Shown here: piece by piece, positions 25,501 through 38,230 of the stretch
Numbering within the stretch: the first letter of the stretch is position 1
Layout: the number at the start of each line of letters is the position of its first letter
Assembly (NCBI GenBank): GCA_001938485.1
Contig: MQRK01251997.1
Coordinates: 1-52,138, forward strand
Reading direction: 5' to 3'
From: Girardia tigrina
Taxonomy: Eukaryota
DNA length: 52,138 bases
The notes under the pieces: generated by a model
Databases searched by the model: none
The model's input: only the letters and a program-made list of their open reading frames with translations
Told to the model about the DNA's origin: nothing
Program-made: the position numbers and the translations under genes

Positions 25501-27392
25501 GAGCTATGTCTGAAATAAGGCGGGTGAGGTAGAATTTCCCATCCGGCATTTTCCAAATAATTTTTGACCGGTATTGCAACATGTGGCCAAGCATTGTCAT
25601 GATGGAAAATCAATTTCTCGTGTCTGGTCGCCCATTCTGGCCGTTTTTCAGCTATTGCTTGCTTCAAACGTATCAATTGTTGCCTGTATAGCTATCCCGT
25701 GATCGTCTGGCCCGATTTTAACAGCTCATAGTACAGTACACCCTTCTGATCCCACCAAATACAGAGCATTACCTTCAAACCATGAATATTCGGCTTTGGT
25801 GTCGATTTGGCTGGTTGGCTTGGCTTCACATATGATCTTTTACACTTTGGGTTGTCGTAATGAATCCCCTTTTCATCGCCAGTGACAATACGATGTAAAA
25901 ACGGTTTCTTTTTGTGGCGATTAAGCAGCATTTCAGACATGCAAAATCGTCTCTCAACGTCTCTCGGCTTCAATTCGTGTGGCACCTAATTTCCTTGTTT
26001 CTGAATGTATCCGGCTGCTTTTAAACGTTTAGAAATGGCTTGTTGAGTGACTTCCAATGTTTTTCCAAGTTCGTCTTGAGTTTGACAAGGATCTTGACCG
26101 AGTAATGCCTCCAATTCTTGTTGAGAGAGTTTGCAGAGAAACAGAATTTCGAAATTAGATTCTCTAACCCATATCATCATAACACAAAAGGACAAATTGA
26201 ACGAGAATTCCGTACGGTAAGAGAATTGATAAATGCAACATTGCATGAAAGAAGTTCGGACTGGGCAGAGATTCTACCGGAGATCGAGTTCTCATTAAAT
26301 GCCACATTAAGGATGACTAGATGAGACAGTTGGATGAGTCCAGCTGAAATCATTTTCGGAAGACGCATAAGCAGGGAGAAATGGGATGGAAAAAATAGTA
26401 AAACATTTCAATATGAGCGGGACCAGGAGGCTATTACGCGAAGACAATTCTTCCCAGGAGATGAGGTATTGATAAAAGTAAAATCTAGAACAAAAGATCA
26501 AGGGAGATACGATGGGCCATATACAGTCATTCGAAAAGTACATGATAGAAGATATGTTCTTGAAGATTTGTTTGGTAAAACATGTGAAAGAAATGTGGAG
26601 AAAATTAAAATCTTGCGTGCGTGGGTGTAATTGAGTGTTGTTGTTAATTTTCAGAAATAGAAAATTCGATTTTTTAAAAATTTCGAATTATAATCGAAAT
26701 TAAAAAAAAAGAAAATAAAAAAATGAAAATTTGTTTAAATAACAAATTTAACCCTTTGTAGATTTTGAATAAATTTTGCAAGTTTTAATTTCTTTTGATT
26801 TAGAATAGAAGATAATTCCCAACTTAACAAGACTCATATCTCATCTTGTGTGATCCAACATTCCATGCAGTCTTCTATAGAAGCTGATTGTGTCGATGAC
26901 ACAGGTAACATGGTCAAATGTGTTTTATATCTAAACAGAACACAACCTTTTTAAGAATTGGTGAGCCATATCCTTTGTCAGATTGGTCGCTTCTACTATC
27001 TGGCAAAATGACTGTTTGGGCTGTGGCTGACTCATATTTCTAATAAAGTCAATGGATCCACCAATACTGAAGAATGGTGTTCAGATCTTTCAGAATATGA
27101 AACGTATTCGCTTTCCTACAAGGAATGCTTTGTGCGAGAGGAAAATGGTTGACTGATATGGAAAATTATCAAAGTAGGCACGCTGAAAATGCCTAAATAT
27201 CTTGAAGGAGATTCACCTCGAAAAAATCTGCTAAACATGGTCACGTATGTGTTCATGATGGCATTGAAATCGTTACAATTACGAAAATTGAGTGATATAA
27301 ATATAATATGGCTCATATCATGCACTTTTTTATAGGCTGTGATTCATTTAGGAGCGCTGATTGAAAAGATTTACAAAGAAATTATTTAATAA

Positions 27393-27442
<50 letters not shown>

Positions 27443-30400
27443 NNNNNNNNNNNNNNNNNNNNNNNNNNNNNNNNNNNNNNNNNNNNNNNNNNTATATATA
27501 TATATCGGTCAAATAAAATAATTTTTGAAATTAAATTAAATAAGACACTTACACCGATTAAATCAATACAATCATCATCAGTAATAGAGGGCGCTAGTTG
27601 CTCCTTCAATCTATATCGCCATACTGGAAAAGCCGGGTTCCATCCGGTCAAGTGATGTAACCCTGCCCAGGACTGTTCGTTAGGGGTGCCCAGCACCTTG
27701 AAGATTGAGAATAGCTGGTCTATCTCAGAGTCGCCTTGAAACAATGGTCGCCCTGAGCTCATTTCCACGACAATACACGCCACACTCCACACATCGATTG
27801 GACACGAATAACGCGACGCACTTAACAATATTTCAGGCGCCCGGTACCACAAAGTCACAACCTGAAGTATCCAAAAATATTCTTAATAACAAACAAAACC
27901 CATGCTTACACACGCCATACATCAGTATATCTTCGCTACAAGAATGATTTATAAATTTGTTTATATTTTTGAAATATTTTTTTATAAAAATAAATCCATT
28001 TTAAATAAAATCTCAAAAGATTTTTAACTATTTTTGATTGAAAAATATTTTAAAGCATTAAATTCTAGAAAGTATTGTTTTGGATATTTTTTACTAATTT
28101 ACAGGGTTGTCAACTAAGTTTTTTTCCGATAATAACAAACTATCAAATATAATGTCCAATCATTCATCATCATCAGCCAAGTGTTCAAAATAGCAGCCAT
28201 TAGTGTCAATGCAACGTTGCCAACGTCCTGGCAACTTATTTATACAATTCTTGAAGAAGGATCCGGCCTTGGTGTTCAACCACTCCTGATGTTTCTCCTG
28301 AACCTCCTCAGAATCTGCACCTTTCAAAGCTCCTTTCATTGGTGAAAATAGATAGTACTGAAGGAGCCAGATCCGGTGAATAGGGGGGATGTGGCAGGAT
28401 GTTTAGATGCATTTCGGCAATCTTGGACTGGGTGAGATGAGCCGTATGTGGACAAGCGTTGTCCTGAAGAAGGTACAGAAAACCGTCCGTGGTTTTCCGT
28501 CGTCGTTTTACCAGGATAGCTATCTTCAGCTTTTCCAGCAGTACAGTAGTCTGTTACCGTCATGGTTTTTCCATTTTCTAACACATCCATCAAGATCACA
28601 CCTTTCGAATCCCAGAAGACGGTAGCCAGATGCTTCTTTGTAGTTAACCTCACTTTGGATTCTGCAGCAGGCGCATCGCCACTTCCACGCCAAGATTTGT
28701 GAGTGTATGAGGATGTATTCTCCCAGAATACCCACATCTCATCCACAGTCACTATACGGTGCAGGAAATTGTTTCTGCGGTACATAGCCAGCAGTTTTTC
28801 ACACAGAGACACTTTTTTCCTTAGCAGCTTCTGTTAAAACATGTGGAACCCACACGTTGGCGAGGTAACGTTTGTTCATTTTCATGAGATTCTGACTCAC
28901 TGCTTCGTGGCCAATTCCAATTTCTTGGACAATGAATCTCGTTGTGGCAAATTTGTTTTCCTCTAGAATTCGTTCTATATCTGCAGCCACCTCATAAGAA
29001 GGTCGCCCACTGCGAACTTTTTCATTTACCTCGCAGTTAACGTTCTCGAATTTCTTTACCCAGTTAAAACATGTACGTCACGTAGTTGTTTCTTCTCCCA
29101 GTGTGTTGTTTATATCTTTTGCAATGTCTACAGCTGATAATTTACGATTCCAACAATAGAAAATAAGCTTTCTCACGTCTTTTCTGTTGAAATTCATCGA
29201 TTACTTTGAAAGATGGCAAAAATATTGTAATATCGTATTACTCTAAATAAACAATTTTTAATTTATTGCATTTTTATTATGTAAACTGAAATAAATATTA
29301 ATAAACTTTTGATAGTTATAATGTGTATTAATCATACAATATACACACCAAATTTGGATTTCTTAGCGGTCATAGATCTCCAGATACAACGACAAATGCA
29401 TTGGAAAAAACTTAGTTGACAACTCTGTACCAGGTATGTAAATATGATTTTGTTTGGTAACTAAAACTCGTTTATTAGATAAAAATTTTATTTGATTCTC
29501 ATTACTACTAAATGTTTATTCCCAACTGTTTAGTAAGTTGTGGATTGCACACCAAAAAATGTTGCTAATTTAGACCAAACCATTATCAAGACATTATATT
29601 AAGTGAAGCACTGCTCAGATAGTGTATTCCATGATGCAAATGATAATCGAATGGAGCCAAGTTTAGTGAGTAACCAGCTGGCGAAAGTATTTTTCAAAAA
29701 GTATCTCATTTGTTTCCATCACAAATTGTATTGTGTGACGTTGTCTTATCATGTATTATTATTACCTTTTTGTGTTATTGCATTTTTTTCACATTGTGGT
29801 TGTTTTTTCACACAAAGCTTGTTTCAAATCAATTATTAATTGTCTGTAGCGTTAAGTGTTACCAGTTTCGTCCTGTTTCAGCAGATGATAATAGATCCCA
29901 CTCTTACGATACCACCAAGCACAGAAGATTTGGCCATACAGACGATGTTAAAGTCAGAGCCTTGAATAACCCATGATCTTTGGTGAACTTATTTTTCGAT
30001 TCCTGATCGTTTCCATGGATTTTTAACGAATGGATATATATACTTTCCCCATGGCTCAGGACTTATATTACTGACGTCATAATTCCTACTCAAAATCGTT
30101 AGACCCCCAAAGCACGGTAATTTACCAAGACAGTGCTTTCTGTAGGCTTCGACAGTATTTGATCTAATTCTGCAGCAATTTTCTTTAAATGGTAACAGGA
30201 AATTAATGCTTTCCGATAATTAATAGATTTCAACAAAGCCAATGTATTGACGGTAAATAGATTTACAGCTAGCGTCCAGTTTCATATTTACAGACCTGGT
30301 AATTGGTGCCATATTCCATAAAAATTCCACTGAAAATTATGTTAAGAAATTTATTAAAAGATCATTAAAAATTAATTTTATGTCCTTAAATTAAGTAACT

Positions 30401-33400
30401 TCAAATAAAATTAAGTTTAATAAACATTTGAAAAATTCTTTATTTGTTTATGGAACTAACGAATAATTTGAAATACATTAACAATTGATTTCTCAGTGCA
30501 AAGATATACGTAATGTAGCTCTAATTGTCGTTAATTTCCACCTCGTGCGTAAGCGGTTTCACAGGAGCCCCATATGTCCTCGCGAGCCCAAAATCCGCGA
30601 TTTTGATTATTTGCTTGTTAATATCTATTAACAGATTTTGGGGCTTCAAGTCACGGTGAATGATACGTCTCAAGTGGCAATACAAGAGTCCTTGTAAGAT
30701 TTGATAGGTGTACCGTTTCAATAGCATCTCATCAATCGCACCCGGATTATTATCCAGATATCTTCGTAAATCCATACTTAAAAACTCAAATACCAAATAT
30801 AGCTTTCCCTTTTCCATCATCGTTTGATTTAAACTGTACAGAAAATTAGATGAAATTTTATTTTAAGCTTTATAAAATTCTTTATTGCTGCCCAAAATGA
30901 ATGATTTTATCTGTCATATTTAGAATTTGTTTTTTTTTCATTTGATCAACACAAATTGTTTTACAAATAAAAATTTATTTCGATTTACTTGAGATTGACT
31001 TTTATTGTGCCATGAAATATATTATAAGTTATTCATAATATATAAGCAACCCTTTGTAAAAATACCAAAATAATTAATAGATAAAAATCTGAGGCCCATT
31101 GGATGATATTCTTAGAATTGAACACGACAAAACACAGTCACTTTATTCCCTTTTTCACTTGTATTAGGTGTATAACTTAGTTATTTGGATTTTTTTGCAG
31201 AACAGACAAGTTTATTTATATGACATAATAAGTTTTATTCTAATCAAAATATTTTCCATCGTTAATTATGACTTTCGACCATCTTTCAGGCAAATTATGA
31301 ATTCCATCGAAATAAAAGTTTTGGTCTTTTGATGCAATCCATTGTTCCAGCCATTTTTTATATGTTCCTGGTTTCTGAAGTGCTGTTCCCGAAGAGCGCT
31401 TTGCATTGATCGGAACAGATTATAATCTAATGGGGCACAATCTGGTGAATAGGCAGCATGCGGTAGAATTTCCCATTTAAGTGCTTCCAACGTGTTTTTT
31501 ACTTGTTTTGCGACATGTGGCCGAGCATTGTCATGGAGCAAAATCACTGTGCGCTGTTTTTTGGCTGGAATAGGACGTTTTTCCTTCAATACATTGTTCA
31601 ATTTCATTAACTGTTGTTGCTAACGTTCTGCATTAACAGTTTCATTCGAATTCAGCAGCTCATAGTACAGTACACATTTCTGATCCCACCAAATGCACAA
31701 CATAACCTTGCTTCCATGAATGTTTCTTTTTGCTGTTGACGTGGACGGTTCGCCGGGATGAACCCACGATTTGTTGCGTTTAGAGTTAACATAATAAATC
31801 CATTTTTCATCTCTAGTCACAATTTTATGCACAAACGACCATCTTCGTTGTCTTGTAAGCAATGAATTGAATATCAGTAATCGACTTTCAATGTTGGCTT
31901 GATTCAATTCATGTGGTATCCATTTTCCTTCTTTTTGAATCATNNNNNNNNNNNNNNNNNNNNNNNNNNNNNNNNNNNNNNNNNNNNNNNNNNGTTTACT
32001 TATGGCTGCTTGAGTAACATTTAACTGTTTTGCAAGCTCTTTCTCTGTTTGAGTAGAATCTTCCTTCAGTAATGATTCCAAATCTTCATCTTCGAATCTT
32101 TTTGGTTGACCTCTTTGTCACTTGTGTCGAAATCTCCACTTTTGAAGCGTTTATATCAGTTCTCGCAAGTCTGTTGAGTTGGTGCATGTTGACCATAAGT
32201 TTCTTCAAGAAGCCGAAAACTGTCTGCAGCTTTTTTCTTTTGATTAAAGCAAAACAATAGTACTTCCCACAAATGCTGTTTTGTTGGTATGAAAGTTGTC
32301 ATGCTAAAACGTGATTAAAAATATGTTTATGACGCATTTAAGGTCAACGACCTACTTAATTTTAATGCCTCGATTTCAGCACTTTAAAAATCTGTACGTA
32401 CGACTGCAAAATAATGCTTATTACAAAGGTTACACCATCTCTTAGAAAATCCAAAAAAACTAAGTTATAAACCTAATACTACCGCTGAATGTCCATTTTA
32501 AATTAAAAGTATGGTTTTAGTTAATAATTACATAAACACAGACTTTCTAAAACTCAAAACTTTAATTTTTATTCATAAATAATTGGTTTTCAGAGAAGAT
32601 TAAGTGTTAAAGAAAAAATCTTAATTATTTTTGATAAACAAATAATGATTAATAATTTAAAATATAATTTTAAGTCTTATAAACGCTAATTTGATATGGT
32701 TTTTTTATTGTGAGGAAGGTTTTAAGTTTTTTGTTGTTTTATATTTTGCATGTTGTATGTTGATTCGGATGGTTGATTGATATTTTTCTTGGATTCCTAC
32801 TAATTGAAAACAATTTAATTTTTAAGTAAAAAGATTTACAATATTTTTCAAATGTAATAATTAAATTTGAATGTAATTTAAAATTTTAATTTATTAATTT
32901 AATTGGTACTTATTTTAAAATATTTAGATTAAATTTTAACTAATTAGAATCTTTATAATTAATATTAATATTTTTCATTTATGCACAAAATTATGATGAA
33001 TTTCAGAAATATATTAATTAAGAAAAATGTCGAAAAGCGAAAGTGGTTTGAATAATTGTTGTAATGACAATTCTGTTTGTGATATTAATAAATGTTCAAA
33101 TGTTTGATGTTTTAATACTTATAATTTATATCTCGTGTTAAAATACAATCAATTGACATGTTTTAATGTTCCATATTATATCAACAGAAATCATAACTTT
33201 TTTGACAAAAATTTAAATGAAGACCAAAATGATAGAATAAAAATAATTAACTATACTTTATCGAAATATTATTGCCTAATAATAAATAAATATTCGAATT
33301 AATGAATTAATATTTTGATAAAGTACAATTAATTACTTTTATTATTTTTGATCTCTTGATATATTTGTGTATTGGTCCCCACCGAAATTTTAAAATATAT

Positions 33401-35603
33401 CATCAAAAACATCGAGAAAAACGGTAGATAAATAATCAGCAGTTCAGATTCGGCCAGAAACTATGAAATAAAATTTTTTTAACTAAACAACCAGAATAGA
33501 GAAATCACCCCCATTTATTTTCTTCATTGTATAATAAAAATAAATGTTCTATGAGAAAACATCACAGGTCAAAACGTTACAAAGAAGTTCTGCATAATTA
33601 TCAAAGGTACACGTAATAGAGAATCGTAATTTCAACCTAATTTATGGAACAATTATGACAATGCATTAGAAAAATCATCCAAAATAACTAATTGTTTCGA
33701 ATGGTAGCATAATTCACTGAACTATTTATTTAAGTGCAGCCACTCTATCATTTGGAATTTAATTGATGGATTAAAGAAAGATATTGTTTGTCAACAGCTT
33801 ATGTTATCAAAGGTTCGATCAGGTCAGTGTTAAGTGACAGAGAAAGTAAATAATACAGTACAAACATTCATACAACATTCAACAAAAGAAGCTGATACTG
33901 AGTGTTTCGTGGTCTGTCGCAGGTGTAATCTATTATTACACAATGAAATCTGGTTCGTCCATCATAGCAGATGTTTACTGCAACCAATTTTAAGATATGA
34001 TACTGAAACTCAAAGAAAATAACCGCGTTTGGTAAAGAGGTCGACTTGCATCCTGCTTCACGACAATGTAAAACTACATGCTGCACTTAAGACCGTGGCT
34101 AATCTAATATGAACTTGACTTGGAACTTCTTCATCATCATCACCTTACTCATCAGACCTATCCAAAACTGACTATCGTTTCTACCTCAATTTGAGCAAAC
34201 TTTTTTAGAAGATTTAATTTAGAATTTTTTTTCAAAATACATTTAGTGACTATGGAAGCTCCAATAAGAATGATTCGAAATAATGAACAAAGACGAATTT
34301 TTTCAAATGTAATCAAGTTTTGACCCTTGAAGAATCGAATTCATTTCATACAAAATAACGTGAAAATTATCAGTCATTTTTTGTTGGAAGTAATCTTAAA
34401 ATATCTTCCAATATTGAGACCCGGTTTCTCGTGGATTATTAAATCCAACCAGTCTTGATAGACATGGGTTTTCGATGAGTCGGACGACTGGATATGTTCC
34501 ACATGATAAAATCGCTCATTAGGATTAAAATCCACTGCAATAAATTCCATAAAATCTCTTCTAAGCGCTAAAGCCAATATGTAGATTGTGGAAAAATATG
34601 TGGGATATGTGTCTTGTCCTTTACTCCAGCTCCAAATTGCTTTACTGTACGAGTTTATTATGTAGGACATACAAAGTAACGGATACAACAATTTAAAACC
34701 ATACTACCACCACGTGAAAAATTTTTCCAGATTGCTTTTTGAAAAACAATATTATTATAGATTAATTTGTACATTTTTCAAATAAATATTTCGACTTTTC
34801 ATTAGATTTCATTAAAAAATAAAGATATACCGGTTATTCTTTTAATAAATGACTTTATTCTATTATTAAATGAGATAGACAAGTAAATTCTCACCCACCA
34901 ATTTTTAATTCAAATGGTCTCAATAGACTGTCATTCATATGCCAAAAGTGTCAATAATATGGGTACATATTTTGATGAATGACAAATATTTTTATTAGTA
35001 AATTATCCATAAACTTTGACTTGAAACAGTGCATGAAATGTATTTGAAAAAACTAAACTAAAAATTTAAGTCTATAGAAAAATTAAATGAAAAAGATTAA
35101 TTACAAAAAATGTATGTTAAAAGTAGTCTACCATAAAAACTTGAATTCGTGAAGTAGTATAACAAAGAAATTGTAATTCACGTTGAAATTACTATTATTA
35201 AAGATTACCACATGAATAATATTAAGAATTTACTCTTAATTGCAAAGAAGCGAAAATACATTTTTCCCATTGTAATTGAGGCAATATAAAAGAATTTCAT
35301 TTTTATAAAACAACTCTTTTTTAATACTTTACCTAACGATATTCGGATGATCTAGTTCTTTTAAAATCGAAATTTCACGTAATGTTGTCGATGAAATACC
35401 ATCTTCATCGTTATCGGAGCGGATTTTTTTAATTGCTACAAATTCATTGGTTATTTTATTGCGACATTTGTAAACTACTCCATAGGTTCCTATGGAATAT
35501 TAATTAGCCAAAGTGTACATAAAATTATCTGGTTAAAAATTAAATGATTATTACCTTCTCCAACCTTCTCTACTCGAATAAAATCTTTTAACTCGAAGGG
35601 CAT
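22520..35603 (-). CDS. CDK1: Cyclin-dependent kinase 1-like, 5 exons: 35603-35555, 35489-35333, 30833-30542, 27861-27553, 22693-22520 (~326 aa)
   Basis: [68 protein letters not shown]. All four introns are GT-AG with compatible phases. CDK1 is preferred over CDK2 from [20 protein letters not shown] and the LDKSSLP tail. Confidence 0.93.
22960..23899 (+). mobile_element. Decayed ITmD37E-like transposon in CDK1 intron 4
   Basis: [39 protein letters not shown]; putative terminus ...GCACTCAGTCCT followed by TA. Confidence 0.85.
24715..25204 (-). mobile_element. Solo LTR, family A subfamily
   Basis: 5-bp TSD ATATT at 24710-24714 and 25205-25209. Confidence 0.88.
25234..26119 (-). mobile_element. 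5'-truncated mariner (DD34D)
   Basis: [25 protein letters not shown]; TA followed by TIR TTGGGTGTACAACTAA. Confidence 0.95.
26118..26630 (+). mobile_element. Ty3/Gypsy integrase C-terminal half
   Basis: [14 protein letters not shown]...DWAEILP...SPAEIIFGR...RYDGPY. Confidence 0.9.
26626..26829 (+). mobile_element. 3' LTR (family B)
   Basis: TGTAATTGAGTG...CAACTTAACA directly after the integrase; homologous to 37766-37998. Confidence 0.85.
27397..27503. repeat. (TA)n microsatellite spanning an assembly gap
   Basis: Direct observation. Confidence 0.95.
28102..29427 (-). mobile_element. Full-length defective mariner in CDK1 intron 3
   Basis: TIRs CAGGGTTGTCAACTAAGTTTTTT / AAAAAACTTAGTTGACAACTCTG; TA TSD; WVPHVL and IVTVDEMWV motifs. 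Confidence 0.95.
29520..30020 (-). mobile_element. Highly decayed mariner remnant
   Basis: [12 protein letters not shown]-like and LAPFDYH-like segments across frameshifts. Confidence 0.6.
31164..32476 (-). mobile_element. Full-length defective mariner in CDK1 intron 2
   Basis: TIRs TTAGGTGTATAACTTAGTT / AACTAAGTTATAAACCTAA; TA TSD; [13 protein letters not shown] and [10 protein letters not shown] motifs. Confidence 0.95.
32709..33117 (+). mobile_element. Solo LTR, family A (old)
   Basis: TGTGAGGAA...ATGTTTTAATA; flanks TTTAT / CTTAT. Confidence 0.7.
33540..34200 (+). mobile_element. Decayed mariner remnant
   Basis: [21 protein letters not shown] and [11 protein letters not shown] segments. 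Confidence 0.75.
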
Positions 35604-36213
35604 AAGAAGAAATTTTAAAAATTGAAATTAATGCTCTATTAAAACAACTGATAATAAAGAACGCTGTAAATAATATTAATTCTTTAAGTATTATAATTAT
35701 AATTTATAACAATTATTAAGAAAATCTCAATGCGGTTTTTAATTTTAATTATTTTATAATTCAAATTTTATAAAATTCCCATGACAAGCTAAATTGATTT
35801 GTAAGATTTTTTAAAAAAAATTTTACTGAATAATTTAGAAATAAGTAAAAGAAATGATAGTGAAGTGAGATAAATCCAAAAGATGAAAACCGTTAAATAT
35901 ATTTTTGTAAAAATTTGATACATTAATAGACTAAATAAAATTAAAATTTGATTAAAAAATATTTAAATCAGGTACCAAAAATAGTATGGAAACTTGAAAA
36001 AAAATTGTTATCTCATTTGTAAATTTTTTTATATAGGCGATTATAAGTGATTCCCTTTAGGCAAAAATGTTATTAAACAACGTTGATTGAAGATATTTTT
36101 AAAATAATATTTTTCTATAGACACGGGTAATTTTGTTTGTAGTTTTTTTATTATTTTTTTAATATGATTAATCAATTTTGCTTGTAATCAATCCGTGTAA
36201 AAAGAAATAAATA

Positions 36214-36419
36214 CCGTAATTTCCGCACTATAAGGCCTATTATAAGCCGCACATTGCCTGTTTTTCTCAAAAAAAACATTATAAGCTATTACATTATATA
36301 AAAAAACATTATAAACATTATAAAACAAATAAAAACATTATAAAAACGTATAAGCCGCAACTCTTAAATTATAACTCATTTCAGGGTTTTAGGTGCGGCT
36401 TATAGTCCGGAATTTACGG
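36214..36419. mobile_element. 206-bp MITE with CCGTA termini (pogo/Tc2-type), upstream of CDK1
   Basis: TA-CCGTAATTTCCGCACTATAAG ... CTTATAGTCCGGAATTTACGG-TA. Confidence 0.9.
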
Positions 36420-36984
36420 TATATTAATTATTAAAATGATATTTCAGTAATTCTTAATTTAAATATTGAAATTATTATTTAGTTGTACTATGAATCTGAT
36501 GTGATTGTAAATCAAAATGATCCGATGAATATGAAGATTTCTTTTTCGTTTCATAAACAGTTTGAATTGCTTTTTTTACCACGCTAATGTTTTTAAAAAA
36601 ATTTTACTGAATAATTTAGAAATAAGTGAAAGAAAAGAATACTAAAAAAAATCACACTCGGAATACTTATCGCTATCATCACATAACTGGCAAACACTTC
36701 GAGATAGAGTCTTTCATTAGAGTGCATTACTCGCCCGCTCTCTCTACCGTACTGCTGAAGCATCTGCCGCGACCGTTGCAGAAGTAACAGTTGCTGCACG
36801 TAACCTGAGGGGTACAACAGGTCGGTGCTGTGTTTGGACCATGTCGAAGTACAATACACACGCGTCTCAGATTTTTTGCTGTCTCTGAGAGCTTTAATGT
36901 TTTGAGTATTGTTTTGTTTTTACACGGCCAGGAACCCAAGAAACTCACCAAAAGGATGTTCAGTCGAACTGTCAATTCTTTCTG

Positions 36985-38230
36985 ATGTTTTTTGGTTTCC
37001 TCTTTGGGCCTCCCATCTCTTTCAAAAATGGTATTGAGCTTATAGGCTCTTTAGATGGTACACCCAAACCAAATAAGTCTATAAGCTCCCCGATAGGCCT
37101 TCTACGAGGACGTCAGCCTTTCGCTTCCGCGCACGCTTGGATATCCAGTCTGAAACGATCATTCATGGATAGTAGTCCCATGATTCTGCATCCCTTTAGC
37201 TCTGTACGTGGACTTTATACATCCGAGAAACGGACATCTAAAGGTTCCTTTAACAGTTAGATCTGTAAGGCGGTAGTTCAGATGGGTTTTTAAAGGACTA
37301 GTTTTTGACTCTCCTGTCGAAGCAGCATTCAGATCGAAAATTGATACTTGAGTTGCGTTGTCTTCTGGTATCGCGTTCAGTGGTTGATTCCCTTCTTCTG
37401 ATTATCTGGATTGATTAGTTCTGCTCGGAAATATTTGGTCTAATTGTTTTTCTTCAATATTGTGCACTGTTTTGAGATGTCTATTTTATCTTTATATTTC
37501 GTCTCATAGTCTTTTCTTACTTTGCTTAGAATTTTAACCGTGTCGCACGGTGTTTTCTCATCGATCAGCCCGACTTTTTTGTACCCTTATTATATATTTG
37601 TAAGTCAACTCTGTTTTTCGAGTCAGTCCTCGAGCACTCATGGTCTTTACTTGTTTGTAAAATTGGTTTTTCTAATTTTATTGCTTCTCGACGGTTTTCT
37701 CGGACAATACTCATCGGACTATTTCTTTTACAGAGACACAATACATGCATCTGTGTCTCTGTACCTGTTAGGTTGGGAAATATCTTCCATTCTAAATCAA
37801 AACAAATTAAAAACTTGCCAAAATTTATTAATCTACAACAGTTTAAATTTGTTATTTAAACAAATTTACTTTTTTTATTTTCTTTTTTTTATTTCTATTT
37901 TCTATTATTTTTTTTAATTTCGATTATAATTCGAAATTTTTAAAAACCAAAATTCTTATTTCTGAAAATTAAAAAATTAACAACAACACTCTCTTACAGT
38001 ACCTTTGCCACACAATCCACAGAGTGTTTCATTGCGTGGTTTTCTCTGTTTATAATTAGTTGGGAGACTGTTGATTCGTGCGCTGTGAAAGAATCACCAT
38101 TCTTTGTTTGTACTGTTTTCATTGTACATGACACCAACACTATCCTTGTTGTCCGCAATCGCAACTGTAGAGATTCCAACTATCCCTTGTTTGCTCAACT
38201 TTGTGAATTTTAGTTTTGTATACAAACGAT
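36985..38230 (-). mobile_element. RLE-clade non-LTR retrotransposon fragments: CCHC knuckle and restriction-like endonuclease, followed by an N-terminal C2H2 finger
   Basis: Removing the solo LTR gives FFHSARINSLPT...CGLCGKGTETQMHVLCLC...RVDL...IDEKTP...KY; this is followed by FRCPFLGC...NHGTTIH. Confidence 0.8.
37766..37998 (-). mobile_element. Solo LTR (family B)
   Basis: Perfect 5-bp TSD GTACC at 37761-37765 and 37999-38003; TG...CA ends. Confidence 0.92.

Larger units (their letters stand above)
24013..26119 (-). repeat. 2.1-kb composite block, inverted duplicate of 42472-44574
   Basis: Near-identical reverse complement, including the shared mariner frameshift and the solo LTR with its TSD. 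Confidence 0.95.

Noticed and set aside
37745-37765. PBS and gag downstream of LTR-B
   Set aside because: GGTAC is the 5-bp TSD, and the downstream sequence continues the interrupted RLE zinc knuckle.
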